Positions 1 through 10,462 are shown, numbered from the stretch's first letter. The stretch: DNA of 64,000 nt from Cyanobacteria bacterium P01_A01_bin.123 (GCA_039815185.1 JBCBZT010000012.1:64001-128000); one strand, 5' to 3'. Numbers and translations are program-made. The notes: generated by a model not told the origin, from the sequence alone.

Positions 1-20
1 AAGCGCCTAAAAACTTACAG

Positions 21-158
21 GTAAGGGCGAGGGGCTTCTCGCCCCGGTAGACACACTGCAATTCCTACCCCCGTTGCAACACCGACACGTTTCATGAAAG
101 CGGAATGGCTGAGACCCGATTATGTTCATGTGCAGGGCGAGGGGCCTCTCGCCCCTAC
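21..158. repeat. Two REP-like palindromes upstream of the RAYT gene (21-45, 132-158)
   Basis: Hairpins resembling GTAGGGGCGAGGGGCCTCTCGCCCCTAC; a third copy lies at 560-587 inside the transposase gene. Confidence 0.8.
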
Positions 159-268
159 AGGTGTATTGCCCCCCCATTGCGTCTACAAATGGGGCATTGT
201 GTCACGAATGACATCACAATTATTGGGAACTCTTGGGTAAATGCGCGATTGCCCAACTAGATTCCCAC

Positions 269-871
269 GTGAAGTATAGTCCCGACAAACATAATCGCCG
301 TTCTATACGGCTAGAAGGCTATGACTATGCCTCTCCCGGAGCCTATTTCATTACCCTTTGCACCCATCAACGTCAATGTTTGCTGGGGCAAATTGTTGAT
401 AGCCAGATGCGGTTAAACGACTTTGGCAGAATTGTTGCTCAGGAATGGCAAAAATCTGCCGCAATTCGGCAGGAAATTGATTTTGATGCCTGGGTCGTAA
501 TGCCGAATCATGTACACGGGATCGTGTTGATTACATCGACGGATTCCCCAATGGGTGGTGTAGGGGCGAGGGGCCTCTCGCCCCTACGGACACATCAAAA
601 TTCCTATCCCCATCGCACCGACAAACGGGGCATTATGCCTTTAATGAAAACGCGATCGCTGTCTTCGTTCATGGCTGGATTCAAAACCATTACGACTAAG
701 CGCATCAACATCTACCGAGATGCATCCGGTACCCCCGTTTGGCAGCGCAATTATTACGACCATATCATTCGTAATGAAACCGCCTTACACAACATTCGGC
801 ACTACATTCAAACGAATCCCCAACGTTGGCAAACTGATCAGTTGCATCCCGATAATCCATCTAAATGGTGA
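269..871 (+). mobile_element. REP-associated tyrosine transposase (RAYT, Y1 HUH / IS200-like)
   Basis: RRSIRL..YDY..G.YFITLCT N-terminus, HUH motif VVMPNHVHGI, C-terminal WQRNYYDHIIR; GTG at 269 preferred over TTG at 233. Confidence 0.9.
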
Positions 872-909
872 AAGCGCGATCGCAAAACGGTCAGTTTGCT
901 CAACGTTAG

Positions 910-1875
910 TCATCCAATCTGGAACTGTTGCCATCCCTGCGACTCATAGCCAAACGTAATTGCCTGGGGATGGAAAATCTCTGCCAAAATTTCCAGCGAA
1001 TCCACCAACCGTGGCCCTGGGCGATTGAAATACTGATTGCCGTCAACCAAATAAACCCGTCGGGTTTTAACCGCTTTGAGGTCATCCCAGTCAGGATGCT
1101 GAATCAACACCGCCATTTCAGTCCGCGTCTTTTCCATGTCATAGCCACAGGGCATGGCGACGATCACATCTGGATTTGCTGCCGTCAACTCTTCCCAAGT
1201 CATCCAGGGGGAATGTTTGCCGACGGTGCCAAAGCAGTTTTGTCCGCCTGCAAGCTGCACTAGCTCAGGCACCCAATTACCTGCGGCCATTAACGGGGCA
1301 ATCCATTCAATACAGGCAACGGTGGGACGGTGTGCCAGCTCCTGGGTCACTGAAACACAGTGTTCAACGCGGCTTTGTAGGGCTGCGATCGCAGTTTCTG
1401 CCACTGCTAGCCCGGCGTCTCCGTCGATCGCCTGGGCAACAGTGCGAATATCGTGCCAAAGATCATTCAGCACTGCGGGTTGAAGCGACAAGACTTTGGG
1501 TGTTTGGGGCACCAGCGTAGCCACCGCCCGCGCAACCTCATCTAAGCTAACGGCACACACCTCACACTGGGCCTGGGTTAACACATGGGTCGGGTTCAGG
1601 GATTTTAGGCGCGCCAGATCGACTGTATAGACACTCAGGGCCGACTGCAACAAGTCGGTGACCCGTTGATGCACCTCCAAACTGCTGCCTTCAGGATTGA
1701 ACTTGGGTGCAGTGCAAATCGGTAACCCTTCAACTCCGGGAGGATAGTCACATTCATGGGAGCGCCCCACTAAGCGATCGCGCCACCCCAAACAATCCAC
1801 AATTTCTGTTGCACTGGGAATTAAAGAAATGATTCGGCAAGCAGAGGCTGTCATAACAGAGCAATCAGTGGGCAA
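910..1875 (-). CDS. Cobalamin/Fe-siderophore ABC-type substrate-binding protein (BtuF-like)
   Basis: RIISLIPSATEIV..LG...LVGRSHECDYP and FNRPGPRLVDSLEILAEI motifs. Confidence 0.85.
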   Translation of the reverse strand: MPTDCSVMTASACRIISLIPSATEIVDCLGWRDRLVGRSHECDYPPGVEGLPICTAPKFNPEGSSLEVHQRVTDLLQSALSVYTVDLARLKSLNPTHVLTQAQCEVCAVSLDEVARAVATLVPQTPKVLSLQPAVLNDLWHDIRTVAQAIDGDAGLAVAETAIAALQSRVEHCVSVTQELAHRPTVACIEWIAPLMAAGNWVPELVQLAGGQNCFGTVGKHSPWMTWEELTAANPDVIVAMPCGYDMEKTRTEMAVLIQHPDWDDLKAVKTRRVYLVDGNQYFNRPGPRLVDSLEILAEIFHPQAITFGYESQGWQQFQIG

Positions 1876-2015
1876 AGGTGTGTGATCTAGTGAAATAGGC
1901 AGAGATTTACCCTAAACTTAACCGAATTAAGCAAAGCTATTGCATTGATCCCCAATGGCACTAGAATGTAGAGCCTGATATCGCAAGCGTAATTCGTTTT
2001 TGGTGCAATACCGTT

Positions 2016-2999
2016 ATGGCCTATATCGTTGCAACTACCAACATGAAGGGGGGCGTTGGCAAAACGACGCTGACGGTTAACCTTGCCGCATGTCTTGCCA
2101 AGAATCACCAAAAGCGAGTGCTGGTCGTGGACCTCGACACTCAAATCAGCGCTACCTTGAGTCTGATGTCACCCCCAGACTTTGCCAAACGGCGCAAAGA
2201 GAAACGAACCCTGCGTCACTTGTTTAACCAGGTTCTCTATCCTGATAAGTATGCCCTGCGGCCAAAGTCTGAAGTCATTCGACCCAGTATCCCTGATGCG
2301 CCGTCAACAGCCCCTGCAATTGTGACTTATCTGGGCAATGTCAAAGGGTTAGACTTGTTGCCCGGCGACATCGAACTCTATGACGAATTCTTAGTCTCCC
2401 AATTAATTCACGAAAAGACCAATGCCCTCGGCAGTGCTGGAGATTTTGAGCAGACTTGGAATCAGCTGGAGCACAAGCTGGTACGCTCGATCTTAGCCCC
2501 GATTATGGATGACTATGATTTCATCATTCTTGATTGTGCACCGGGATACAACCTGCTGACTCGCAGTGGCCTGTTGGCAAGCGACTATTACCTTTTGCCC
2601 GCGCGGCCAGAGCCCCTCTCTGTGATTGGCATTCAACTATTGCAGCGCCGGATTGAACAATTGCGCCTCAACCACAAAAATGACCCTGGCGACAGCATGG
2701 AGTTGTTGGGCATTATCTTCACCATGGCAGGCAACCTTTTGACCGGTCGCTATTACCGCAAGGTGGTAGATCGGGTCCGCGAAGAATACAGTGGGGAAAA
2801 GCTATTTAAGACTAAGGTACCGATGGATGTGCGTGTGGCTAAAGCGGTAGATAGCTATCTGCCGGTCACCTTGACCGATCCAGAGGCAACGGCTTCAAAA
2901 GCGATCGCTCAACTCACCCGAGAATTTCTGCATAAGGTACAGATAGCCTTGGGCAGCAAATCTCAAAAGTCAAAACTGAGCCTAGCAGAACTTGAGTGA
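2016..2999 (+). CDS. ParA/Soj family ATPase (orphan)
   Basis: Deviant Walker A NMKGGVGKTT, VDLDTQ, FIILDCAP; no adjacent parB. Confidence 0.9.
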   Translation: MAYIVATTNMKGGVGKTTLTVNLAACLAKNHQKRVLVVDLDTQISATLSLMSPPDFAKRRKEKRTLRHLFNQVLYPDKYALRPKSEVIRPSIPDAPSTAPAIVTYLGNVKGLDLLPGDIELYDEFLVSQLIHEKTNALGSAGDFEQTWNQLEHKLVRSILAPIMDDYDFIILDCAPGYNLLTRSGLLASDYYLLPARPEPLSVIGIQLLQRRIEQLRLNHKNDPGDSMELLGIIFTMAGNLLTGRYYRKVVDRVREEYSGEKLFKTKVPMDVRVAKAVDSYLPVTLTDPEATASKAIAQLTREFLHKVQIALGSKSQKSKLSLAELE

Positions 3000-3068
3000 G
3001 CACATTTCACGTTTTTCAGGCAGAATAGCCATAAGGGAAACTACGTACGCATTTGTGCGAGGGAAATT

Positions 3069-3263
3069 ATGGGTCTTTATCGTAATCATGACACGCTAGA
3101 AGAGGGGCCACGGATTCAGTGGTTCTCCTGGATTAAAATGGTGATTGCCTTATTAGTCGTCGGGTATTTCGTCGCTCAAATTCGCGGCAGAATGGCAAAT
3201 GATCCCAATCTGCGATTGGATGAAGGTGAGGAAGTCAGCCAAGTTCTCCCAACTGAATTGTAG
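3069..3263 (+). CDS. Small hypothetical membrane protein
   Basis: 64 aa, one hydrophobic helix, GAGGG RBS-like sequence upstream. Confidence 0.55.
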   Translation: MGLYRNHDTLEEGPRIQWFSWIKMVIALLVVGYFVAQIRGRMANDPNLRLDEGEEVSQVLPTEL

Positions 3264-3300
3264 AAATATACGGGTATAGTGGGCTCCAACCCTTTATGAG

Positions 3301-3654
3301 TTAGTTGATTGTGGTGATGGTGACAACGTTGCCTTCAGAATCGACTTTGCAAGACCCATAGTCCGTTTCGCTAACCTGCCAAAGCAGCAAGAAAGTGCCG
3401 TCCTCCATCAACGTGGAAGAGGTTATATTAATTTGCTTGCCGAGTTCTTTTTCTAACGCCGTTTGACATCCTGTTATAGCCGTTTCAAAGCTGGGTTCAA
3501 CCGGGTCAGCTTCAGCAGTTGGGGGCGAGGACGCCAACGTATCCCTAGCAGCAGGTCGAGCTGTTTGGCCTGACGTTTCCGGCTGTTGGCAAGCATTGAC
3601 GCCCACTAGGGAAAGGGCAACTAAGCCCAAGAATACACATAAAACACGCGGCAT
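3301..3654 (-). CDS. Hypothetical lipoprotein
   Basis: Signal peptide ending in the lipobox-like VNAC. Confidence 0.65.
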   Translation of the reverse strand: MPRVLCVFLGLVALSLVGVNACQQPETSGQTARPAARDTLASSPPTAEADPVEPSFETAITGCQTALEKELGKQINITSSTLMEDGTFLLLWQVSETDYGSCKVDSEGNVVTITTIN

Positions 3655-3773
3655 GGCGGTTACGGCTACGGGATAGATTAGAGCTTGAATGACTCAAACG
3701 GTTTATATAGTGTTCCGAAGCGGGCTAACTGGATCTGGAAAGAAGTATCGCCCACAAGCCATTGTGTAGGGGT

Positions 3774-4010
3774 TTAGTGTTTGGCGTGATTGCTATATTG
3801 CCCGTGGACGCTGACGCCATAGGGAACCAGATAAGTGAGTAGGGCAGAAATCCAGCGATCGCGGTTCATATTACCCGCCATTAAGGCACTCCCGTGGTTA
3901 ATCAGTAGCAGCATGGAACCGACTACCAGAGATACTTTGACCCCGGTGCTGACAAAAGCCGGATTGCCTAATGCGGCGAGATAACCTTGAACAAACTGAA
4001 TCTGTTTCAT
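3774..4010 (-). CDS. nrtS: Nitrate/nitrite transporter NrtS
   Basis: 78 aa; SLVVGS.L.LINHG and LLTYLVPY.VS.HGQ pattern. Confidence 0.8.
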   Translation of the reverse strand: MKQIQFVQGYLAALGNPAFVSTGVKVSLVVGSMLLLINHGSALMAGNMNRDRWISALLTYLVPYGVSVHGQYSNHAKH

Positions 4011-4720
4011 ACTGTTGCCAGGTTTAAGTCCACAATGTCGCAGCCTGGTTGTAGGTGAAAGGTCTGCAACCCAACTTGCTGGGCCCCTTCGATGTGCTGG
4101 CGCGTATCTTCGATGAACAAGGTGCGGCTAGGGTTGAGATTGTGATTTGCAATCACCGTCTGAAAAATGCTGGGCTTGGGTTTGCGATCGCCCATCAGAT
4201 GCGAATAGTAGACTTGTTCAAATAGATCAGCTAAATCGGAGATTCGATCGCCGTGAGCCGCTGCAAAAATGGCGTCAAACTTGGCTTTGTGGATCCTATT
4301 GGTATTGGACAGTAAAAAGATCCGTTTGTGCTGCCTTAGGACTTGCAGCAGGTCAATGCGCGATCGCGGAATGTCAAGCAACATTGCATTCCAGGCATCA
4401 TCAATGGCCTCGTCGGTAGCCGTATTGATATTGAGTAATTGACGCAGCCCGTGGCGAAAGGCATCGGCACTGATTTGCCCTGTTTCAAACTGATCAAATA
4501 GGGGGGCTTGGCGGTGTTGGGTGTAAAGCAATCGCACGTCAAACCCGCACAGACGGCTAAAGGCGTCTAGCGTATTTTCATAGCGAATATTGATGATCAC
4601 GCCGCCGAGATCAAAAATAACGTTGTCGAAGGTTTTGGGGTCGGGGGGTTTGGGGTTTGGAGTTTGGGGTTTGGGCAAAGGAGGTTCGGTAGCAATAGAT
4701 TGGGATTTGAGGGTACCCAT
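4007..4720 (-). CDS. HAD-superfamily phosphatase
   Basis: IFDLGGV, LLSNTN, RKPKP.IF, LFIED motifs; N-terminus encoded by CCAAACC heptamer repeats. Confidence 0.85.
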   Translation of the reverse strand: MGTLKSQSIATEPPLPKPQTPNPKPPDPKTFDNVIFDLGGVIINIRYENTLDAFSRLCGFDVRLLYTQHRQAPLFDQFETGQISADAFRHGLRQLLNINTATDEAIDDAWNAMLLDIPRSRIDLLQVLRQHKRIFLLSNTNRIHKAKFDAIFAAAHGDRISDLADLFEQVYYSHLMGDRKPKPSIFQTVIANHNLNPSRTLFIEDTRQHIEGAQQVGLQTFHLQPGCDIVDLNLATV

Positions 4721-4794
4721 AGTGATACCAGACAGTTATTAACAGGAACGATTAGAATAGGCGCAATCTCTCCACCAGCTAGGATTGTGCAGTT

Positions 4795-6975
4795 GTGCTC
4801 TCTCCCTTAGATCCTTCCTTTGATTATTCCCAGGGGATGTCCCCCAATGCAAGCCAAAATATAAGCCCAGATACTGGGCTACAAGTAAAAGCCAACCGCG
4901 TCCCTGGTCCCGATCAGTTTTTAGTGTGCGGGTTAGGGAGTCTAGGGCAGCACTGCGTTGCCAACCTAAAAACCTTTGGTGTTCAAGTTAGCGCCATTGA
5001 GCTGGCGAAGCCCGACTATTGGGAAGTGTCCGACCTGCCGGAACTCCTAGAAACCCTATTGATTGGCGACTGTTGCCGGGGCGATGTCTTGCTGAAAGCT
5101 GGGGTTGAGCGTTGCCGCGCCATCTTGCTGGTAACTGATAATCAGCGGGTCAATCTAGAAGCGGCGTTAACTGCACGGGTGCTCAATCCCCATATTCGCT
5201 TGGTGGTGCGTTCTGACAAGCAAAATCTTAACCGAGTGTTGGGGTCACAACTGGATAATTTTGTTGCCTTTGAACCCTCCCAGCTGAGTGCCTCTGCCTT
5301 TGCCTTGGCTGCTGCCGGAGAAAACTTGGTGGGGTATTTTCAGCTAGGCGGCTATCGATTTAAGGTCATCAGACGTCGCATCGGTCAGGAGCACCGATGG
5401 TGCAATCGCCGCCAGCTCAACGAAATTGACAATCGCACGCGCCGCCTACTACGCCACTTTGCAGCCCATCCTGACGGACTAAGCCCGACACAGATTAGCG
5501 AGTCGATCGACCCCTCCAGCGCCTCGGCCCAGTTTTATACTTGGTTGCCCAACACCACGGTGCGGGCAGGGGATACGGTGATTACCTTAGAGGTAGAGCC
5601 AGCGCGAATGCCACTGAGCAACCCGGTGGGGAATAAAGGGCTGCGATCGCACTCAATGAGCCCACTCAAAACCCTACAAAATTGGCAAGAATGGCCTAAA
5701 GCGATCGCCGATTTTTGGCGTGTGAGCTATGGTCAGCAAATTCGCCGGGTTGCGATTTTGTGCAGCCTGACCATCTTTGCCTTGGTTCTAATCGGCACTG
5801 GGCTGTTTTGGCTATATTCTCCCGATATTTCCTTACCCGATGCCTTTTATGTCACGGTAACCCTCTTGCTGGGGGGCTTTGGTGATGTTTTCAGCGAAGT
5901 TACCCCCTCGCTGACTTACCCCTGGTGGTTGCGATTATTTAGCCTCAGCTTGACCCTGGCCGGTACTGCCTTTATCGGCGTTATTTACGCTCTGCTAACC
6001 GAGAAACTGCTGGCTCTAAAGTTCCAGTTTTTGGCGCGTCGTCCCCCCGTTCCCCAGCGGCAGCATGTGGTCGTCATTGGCCTGGGGAATGTCGGTCGGC
6101 GGGTGATGGGCATTTTGCAAGAGCTCCAACAGCAGGCTGTTGCGATTACCCACCACGACGTTGAAGCCGAAATCTTGCCCCAAATGCCAATTATCGTCGG
6201 TGAAACAACCACTGCCCTTGAGCAGGCGAACCTCAGTCAGGCTAGAAGCGTCATTGCCGTGGGCGAAGACGAAATTCAAAATCTAGAAGTTGGGTTGATG
6301 GCTTACCGAGCTAACTCCAACTGTCGCTTGATCATTCGCACTTATGACCAGCGCTTTAGTGATAAGGTGGCCCAACTGTTTCCTTATGCACGGGTATTAT
6401 GTGCCTCAGCTCTGTCAGCAGAAGCTTTTGCTGGGGCTGCTTTTGGTGAAAGTGTGGTGAGCTTGTTCCCGCTGTATAACCAGACGATTTTGGTGACCCA
6501 ATACACCATCGAAACCGGGGACACACTCGATCGGTTACTGCTGTCCGAAGTGGCCTATGGGTATGGGGTCGTGCCTATTCTCTATCAACATCCGGGGGAT
6601 TCCGATGCACTGATGCCCTCTGATGATCTGCGACTACAAGACGGCGATCGCCTGTTAGTTCTCGCCACGATTCGCGGTCTGCGGCGGATTGAACAGGGTA
6701 AACGGGTTGTTCAGCAATGGCAGGTTGCCATCGACAAAGCGCTCACCCAGGACGCCCAGTTTGATGGCGCATCCGAGATTGCCTGCGTATCAGGATGCGA
6801 TATTAGCGAAGCCCGTAGCTTTATGAAAAGTCTGCCAGGTACCTTTCCCCACAAGCTCTATCGCCACCAAGCCTTGCGATTGGTACGACAGTTGCTCCGG
6901 CGGCAGGTGCAAGCGCGCGTTATTCCCCTAGAAGATATCACCGTGTTTCAACCCCGCAAATTTCCTGGCTTGTAG
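4795..6975 (+). CDS. Potassium-channel-like protein with two TrkA-N (RCK) domains
   Basis: Two GLGxxG Rossmann motifs flanking a 2TM/pore segment (LLGGFGD). Confidence 0.85.
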   Translation: MLSPLDPSFDYSQGMSPNASQNISPDTGLQVKANRVPGPDQFLVCGLGSLGQHCVANLKTFGVQVSAIELAKPDYWEVSDLPELLETLLIGDCCRGDVLLKAGVERCRAILLVTDNQRVNLEAALTARVLNPHIRLVVRSDKQNLNRVLGSQLDNFVAFEPSQLSASAFALAAAGENLVGYFQLGGYRFKVIRRRIGQEHRWCNRRQLNEIDNRTRRLLRHFAAHPDGLSPTQISESIDPSSASAQFYTWLPNTTVRAGDTVITLEVEPARMPLSNPVGNKGLRSHSMSPLKTLQNWQEWPKAIADFWRVSYGQQIRRVAILCSLTIFALVLIGTGLFWLYSPDISLPDAFYVTVTLLLGGFGDVFSEVTPSLTYPWWLRLFSLSLTLAGTAFIGVIYALLTEKLLALKFQFLARRPPVPQRQHVVVIGLGNVGRRVMGILQELQQQAVAITHHDVEAEILPQMPIIVGETTTALEQANLSQARSVIAVGEDEIQNLEVGLMAYRANSNCRLIIRTYDQRFSDKVAQLFPYARVLCASALSAEAFAGAAFGESVVSLFPLYNQTILVTQYTIETGDTLDRLLLSEVAYGYGVVPILYQHPGDSDALMPSDDLRLQDGDRLLVLATIRGLRRIEQGKRVVQQWQVAIDKALTQDAQFDGASEIACVSGCDISEARSFMKSLPGTFPHKLYRHQALRLVRQLLRRQVQARVIPLEDITVFQPRKFPGL

Positions 6976-7688
6976 CTGCTAACTACTCGTCCAGCACAGC
7001 GAATTTGACTGTGATAGGTTTGGCTGATTGGGTCACTCAGATCCCAAATGGAATCGATCCCAATCCCATTGCGGCCTTGGTCTTTGCCTGAACTATGGAT
7101 ATAGCGGCCTGCCCCGAAATAAAGGGCAACGTGGGTCGTTTTCTCTGGGGTACCGAAGAAGATTAAATCGCCGGGTTGCAGGGCGATCAAGTCCATCCGC
7201 TGGGTAAAGGCTTCTTGTTGGTAGGCGTCGCGGGGCAACCGGATGCCTGCGCTGGCAAAGGCTGCTTGTACTAACCCAGAACAGTCAAAGTTGGGGGCTA
7301 CGGTGCCTCCCCACAAATATTCATTGGGTTGGGTCATGGCCCGTTGGGCATAGGCGATCGCTTGGGGTAAGCATTGTTGAATCGCTTCTGCTGTCAATAC
7401 TGGGGCTGCATAGGGTTGGGTTGCTGGGGCAAGGTGAGGCAAATCTGCGATCGCCAGCCAACCCCCATAGTCATCGTCACAAAGCTGTACCTGAACTGCG
7501 GATGAGTCAGCTGTCGGTAAGGCCAGAAAACGTAGATGGCGACCTTGGGCGGCTTGCGTAACGAGGCTGGTGCAGGCTTCAGATTTATAGAAATTCAGCG
7601 ATCGCAGACAGACATGCTCCTCAGGGGAATGCGCCCTAGATAGTTGAGGAACGGTGAGGTTGCGCTGGATTCTATCAGGACTGACCAT
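6948..7688 (-). CDS. NlpC/P60 (C40) cell-wall peptidase with SH3-like N-terminus
   Basis: YLWGG...FDCSGLVQ, LPRDAYQQ, GDLIFF, HVALY. Confidence 0.9.
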   Translation of the reverse strand: MVSPDRIQRNLTVPQLSRAHSPEEHVCLRSLNFYKSEACTSLVTQAAQGRHLRFLALPTADSSAVQVQLCDDDYGGWLAIADLPHLAPATQPYAAPVLTAEAIQQCLPQAIAYAQRAMTQPNEYLWGGTVAPNFDCSGLVQAAFASAGIRLPRDAYQQEAFTQRMDLIALQPGDLIFFGTPEKTTHVALYFGAGRYIHSSGKDQGRNGIGIDSIWDLSDPISQTYHSQIRCAGRVVSSYKPGNLRG

Positions 7689-7706
7689 AGTATTTCCTTC
7701 TAATTC

Positions 7707-9065
7707 CTAAGCGCCGCTGAGCCGCTGATAGGCTGTAGCCAACCCCGCTTCATCCCCGACGTTGCCTGGAAATAGCACCACGGGCAGATTGGGAAACTGG
7801 GCATGGTTATCTGGCGTTCGCACGATTGAAACCCCCGGCAAAATTTGCCCCAGCAGTCGAGCGGTCCGCAAGGCTAACCCCTGACTGAGGGTATCGTTTG
7901 AGGTAATCCCCCCCTTGCTGATCAAAAAACCAATGTCGGTGGGCAATCCCTTTTCAATCTCCATCAGCAGGGCTGAAACGCGGATGCCAAACGCGAGGCG
8001 GGTTTGAATATCGTCAAAGGTAAGTTCTTTCCGGCTGGTGTAGACCACCGGGGTTTTACCTGCGGCGTGGACTTGATGCACCTGAGCTAAGGTTTCTTGC
8101 AATAACTTTTGATATGGGTCTGCGTCATCTGCTTTGCCGCCATTGGAGGACTGGGGCTGATCCCTAGTCTGCAACCGAGCCACGTCAACTTCAAGCCCAA
8201 CCACGCTGGGCAGTTGCAGCAGGGTGTTTAACTGCTGGGTAGTTTTTTTCACGTGGGAGCCGACAATAATAGCGCCGGGTTTGCTGTCGCGGGTGTATTG
8301 GGCCATGGCCTCGGCTGCCACGGGTTGTGGCGGTAGAGCTGCTAGAGCGGTCAAAATACTGGCAGCACTGCGAAACAAAAATTTCTTGCCTTGGGCAGCG
8401 GCGTTCAGCAAATCTTGGGCAAAGCGATTTAGATCCGCTTGGGTTTCGCCATCGACGGCGACGCAAACATTGTTTTGGAGCTGCATTAAGCGGTTCAAAC
8501 AGCCTGACCGTAAGTCTGCCAGCAAAAACCGTTCCACTTGGCTGGCTGCAATTCGGCCTTGCGTCTTCTCTTCGACATAATCGGGTAGGTAGCTGGTGCT
8601 GTAGCCAAACACTGAATCTTTGGCAAATTCGGTGTTATGAACCGGAACATCCTGGCCATCAACCTTGAGATAGTGCACGCTATCACGGGTCACCCGTCCC
8701 CCTTCAAAGAAGGCAGGGACTAAAAAGTGGGCATCAAATGGGCCAAGCTCTTCTGCGATCGCGTCTGTTTCAATCGGGTAATGTCCCCGTAGGGTTGAGT
8801 CTGAGCGACTAACCACTAAATAATCTTGGATGCCTTCTAGGGCGATCGCTTGCTTGAGGTTGTGACAGACTTCCCGCGTCGTGATATCGGCAACCTCAGC
8901 CGGTAAGGCACGGGTATTGGTCAAGATAAAAAAGATGGGCGATTCGTCTTTTAACCCCAGCTGCAGCGTTGCTACATCCCAAGCCATCAGTAGCAAACAG
9001 CCGTGTACGGTTTGCGACCCAGTGGGATCATCATCTAATACGATAATTTTGGGTTTAGAAGACAT
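7707..9065 (-). CDS. Four-carbon acid sugar kinase family protein (DUF1537)
   Basis: IIVLDDDPTGSQTV, SRSDSTLRGH, ISKGGITS, FPGNVG. Confidence 0.9.
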   Translation of the reverse strand: MSSKPKIIVLDDDPTGSQTVHGCLLLMAWDVATLQLGLKDESPIFFILTNTRALPAEVADITTREVCHNLKQAIALEGIQDYLVVSRSDSTLRGHYPIETDAIAEELGPFDAHFLVPAFFEGGRVTRDSVHYLKVDGQDVPVHNTEFAKDSVFGYSTSYLPDYVEEKTQGRIAASQVERFLLADLRSGCLNRLMQLQNNVCVAVDGETQADLNRFAQDLLNAAAQGKKFLFRSAASILTALAALPPQPVAAEAMAQYTRDSKPGAIIVGSHVKKTTQQLNTLLQLPSVVGLEVDVARLQTRDQPQSSNGGKADDADPYQKLLQETLAQVHQVHAAGKTPVVYTSRKELTFDDIQTRLAFGIRVSALLMEIEKGLPTDIGFLISKGGITSNDTLSQGLALRTARLLGQILPGVSIVRTPDNHAQFPNLPVVLFPGNVGDEAGLATAYQRLSGA

Positions 9066-9302
9066 TCAAGGCACAGCCAAAACCTTCGTATGCACATTAC
9101 CATTTTGCAGGCGCGTTCAGATTTATGGGGCTGCCAGTACCCTGCCCATCACGATTGAACCGCCCCAATATTGGGGCGGTTCAGGTTTTGATTTGGTTTT
9201 GATTTATAGATAATGACTGATCAAAGCAGAACGCCTTTGAGTGAGTGCTTCGAGATTATGACGTCCTTCTGGATAGGCACAACGACGATTCAAACAATCT
9301 GG

Positions 9303-9509
9303 TTACAGCAGCAACAACATCACCACCAGCAACAAGATCCCCATCACGCCGACACCAAACGGTCCTATCGGTTGGTAGCCATCTAATTCAAACCGAAAAC
9401 GACAGTTGAGGCAGGCGTAGGTGGTCGGGTCAATTTGAACCACGGATTTATGACTGCAATGGGGGCAGTCAATCGGCGCATGGGGCTGATGAGGGTCATA
9501 GGGATACGT
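9303..9509 (-). CDS. 68-aa zinc-ribbon microprotein with C-terminal TM helix; apparent ACG start (not in ORF track)
   Basis: Frame reads (T/M)YPYDPHQPHAPIDCPHCSHKSVVQIDPTTYACLNCRFRFELDGYQPIGPFGVGVMGILLLVVMLLLL*; AGGAG lies 7 nt before the ACG. Confidence 0.6.
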   Translation of the reverse strand, partial: TYPYDPHQPHAPIDCPHCSHKSVVQIDPTTYACLNCRFRFELDGYQPIGPFGVGVMGILLLVVMLLLL

Positions 9510-9992
9510 AACAAAACTCCTAAAGCATCAACAACCAGACGGTCACAACCCATATAAATGGGGGTAAATTGCATGTATGACATTTATACATACAATTTAT
9601 ATATAAAACAAAAAAACTACATACACAAGATCTCTAGCAAAAATCACCGAATGATTTGTCATTTCAAGACATTGTGAAGTTTTCTTCAGGCTATGTCGCC
9701 ATACAGATTGGGTATGATTGTATATATGGCTAAGCCCGTTAGGCATTTCTCTCGAATGTGCCTAATAGTTTGACTGGATTGGGGCTGAGGGGTAGCGCTG
9801 CGTGTCTTCGAGCGATCGTGCTCCATGCCGCTGTCAGCGATTGCATGTTCTAACGTCATAGATGTATAGACATGTATTTACAAGCTAGCCCCATTTGATA
9901 GGATGAAGGTTCGGAGGTTCTCAAGCTGTCTAATGCTATGCCGTTAGAACAGTTGGGGCCGTTTTGTGCGTGTGTGTTGAGTACCTTTTGTA

Positions 9993-10397
9993 ATGAGTAG
10001 TAAGAAGTTGTATAGCTTTCGGTTGCCCATCGATTTAGTCGATCAGCTGCGAGAACAGGCAGATCAACTAAATACCTCTGTCACCCAGATCGTAGTTCAG
10101 TTTATGGAGCAGGGGTTAAAGGGGGGCGTGGGCGATCGCCTCAAGTCCCTAGAAGAAGAAATCCGCGAAATGAAAGCGCGACAGCTGGCAGCGACCCAGA
10201 AGAATGGTGAAACTCCTCAGGCATACCAGGTTCGCCGGGCAGATCACCATCCCCCAGAGGGTTTTACAGAAGGCTTTTCAGAAGGGTTGCCAGGAGAGTT
10301 ATCTGAGTCAGAACCGTCTCCTGCTCAGTTAAAGCACGAGGTCAATAGCATCCGAGCCGAGTTAAATTCTTTGAAGGAAATCTTAAAAGCCCGTTAA
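9993..10397 (+). CDS. Ribbon-helix-helix (Arc/CopG-like) DNA-binding protein with coiled coils
   Basis: KKLYSFRLPIDLVDQLREQA...SVTQIVVQFMEQGL is a typical RHH pattern. Confidence 0.7.
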   Translation: MSSKKLYSFRLPIDLVDQLREQADQLNTSVTQIVVQFMEQGLKGGVGDRLKSLEEEIREMKARQLAATQKNGETPQAYQVRRADHHPPEGFTEGFSEGLPGELSESEPSPAQLKHEVNSIRAELNSLKEILKAR

Positions 10398-10462
10398 AGC
10401 GCTGGCGTACACAGTTAGAATCGGTCAACTTTCTAACTGTCCGCGTCTACGGGTTTTCTACC

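Noticed and set aside
4631..4676. Telomere-like GGGGTTT heptamer run
   Set aside because: Short heptamer tandem repeats are common in filamentous cyanobacteria; here it only adds a low-complexity N-terminus.
9383..9583. Tracked 66-aa ORF
   Set aside because: No motif; the overlapping frame 9303-9509 gives a far more protein-like zinc-ribbon/TM product.
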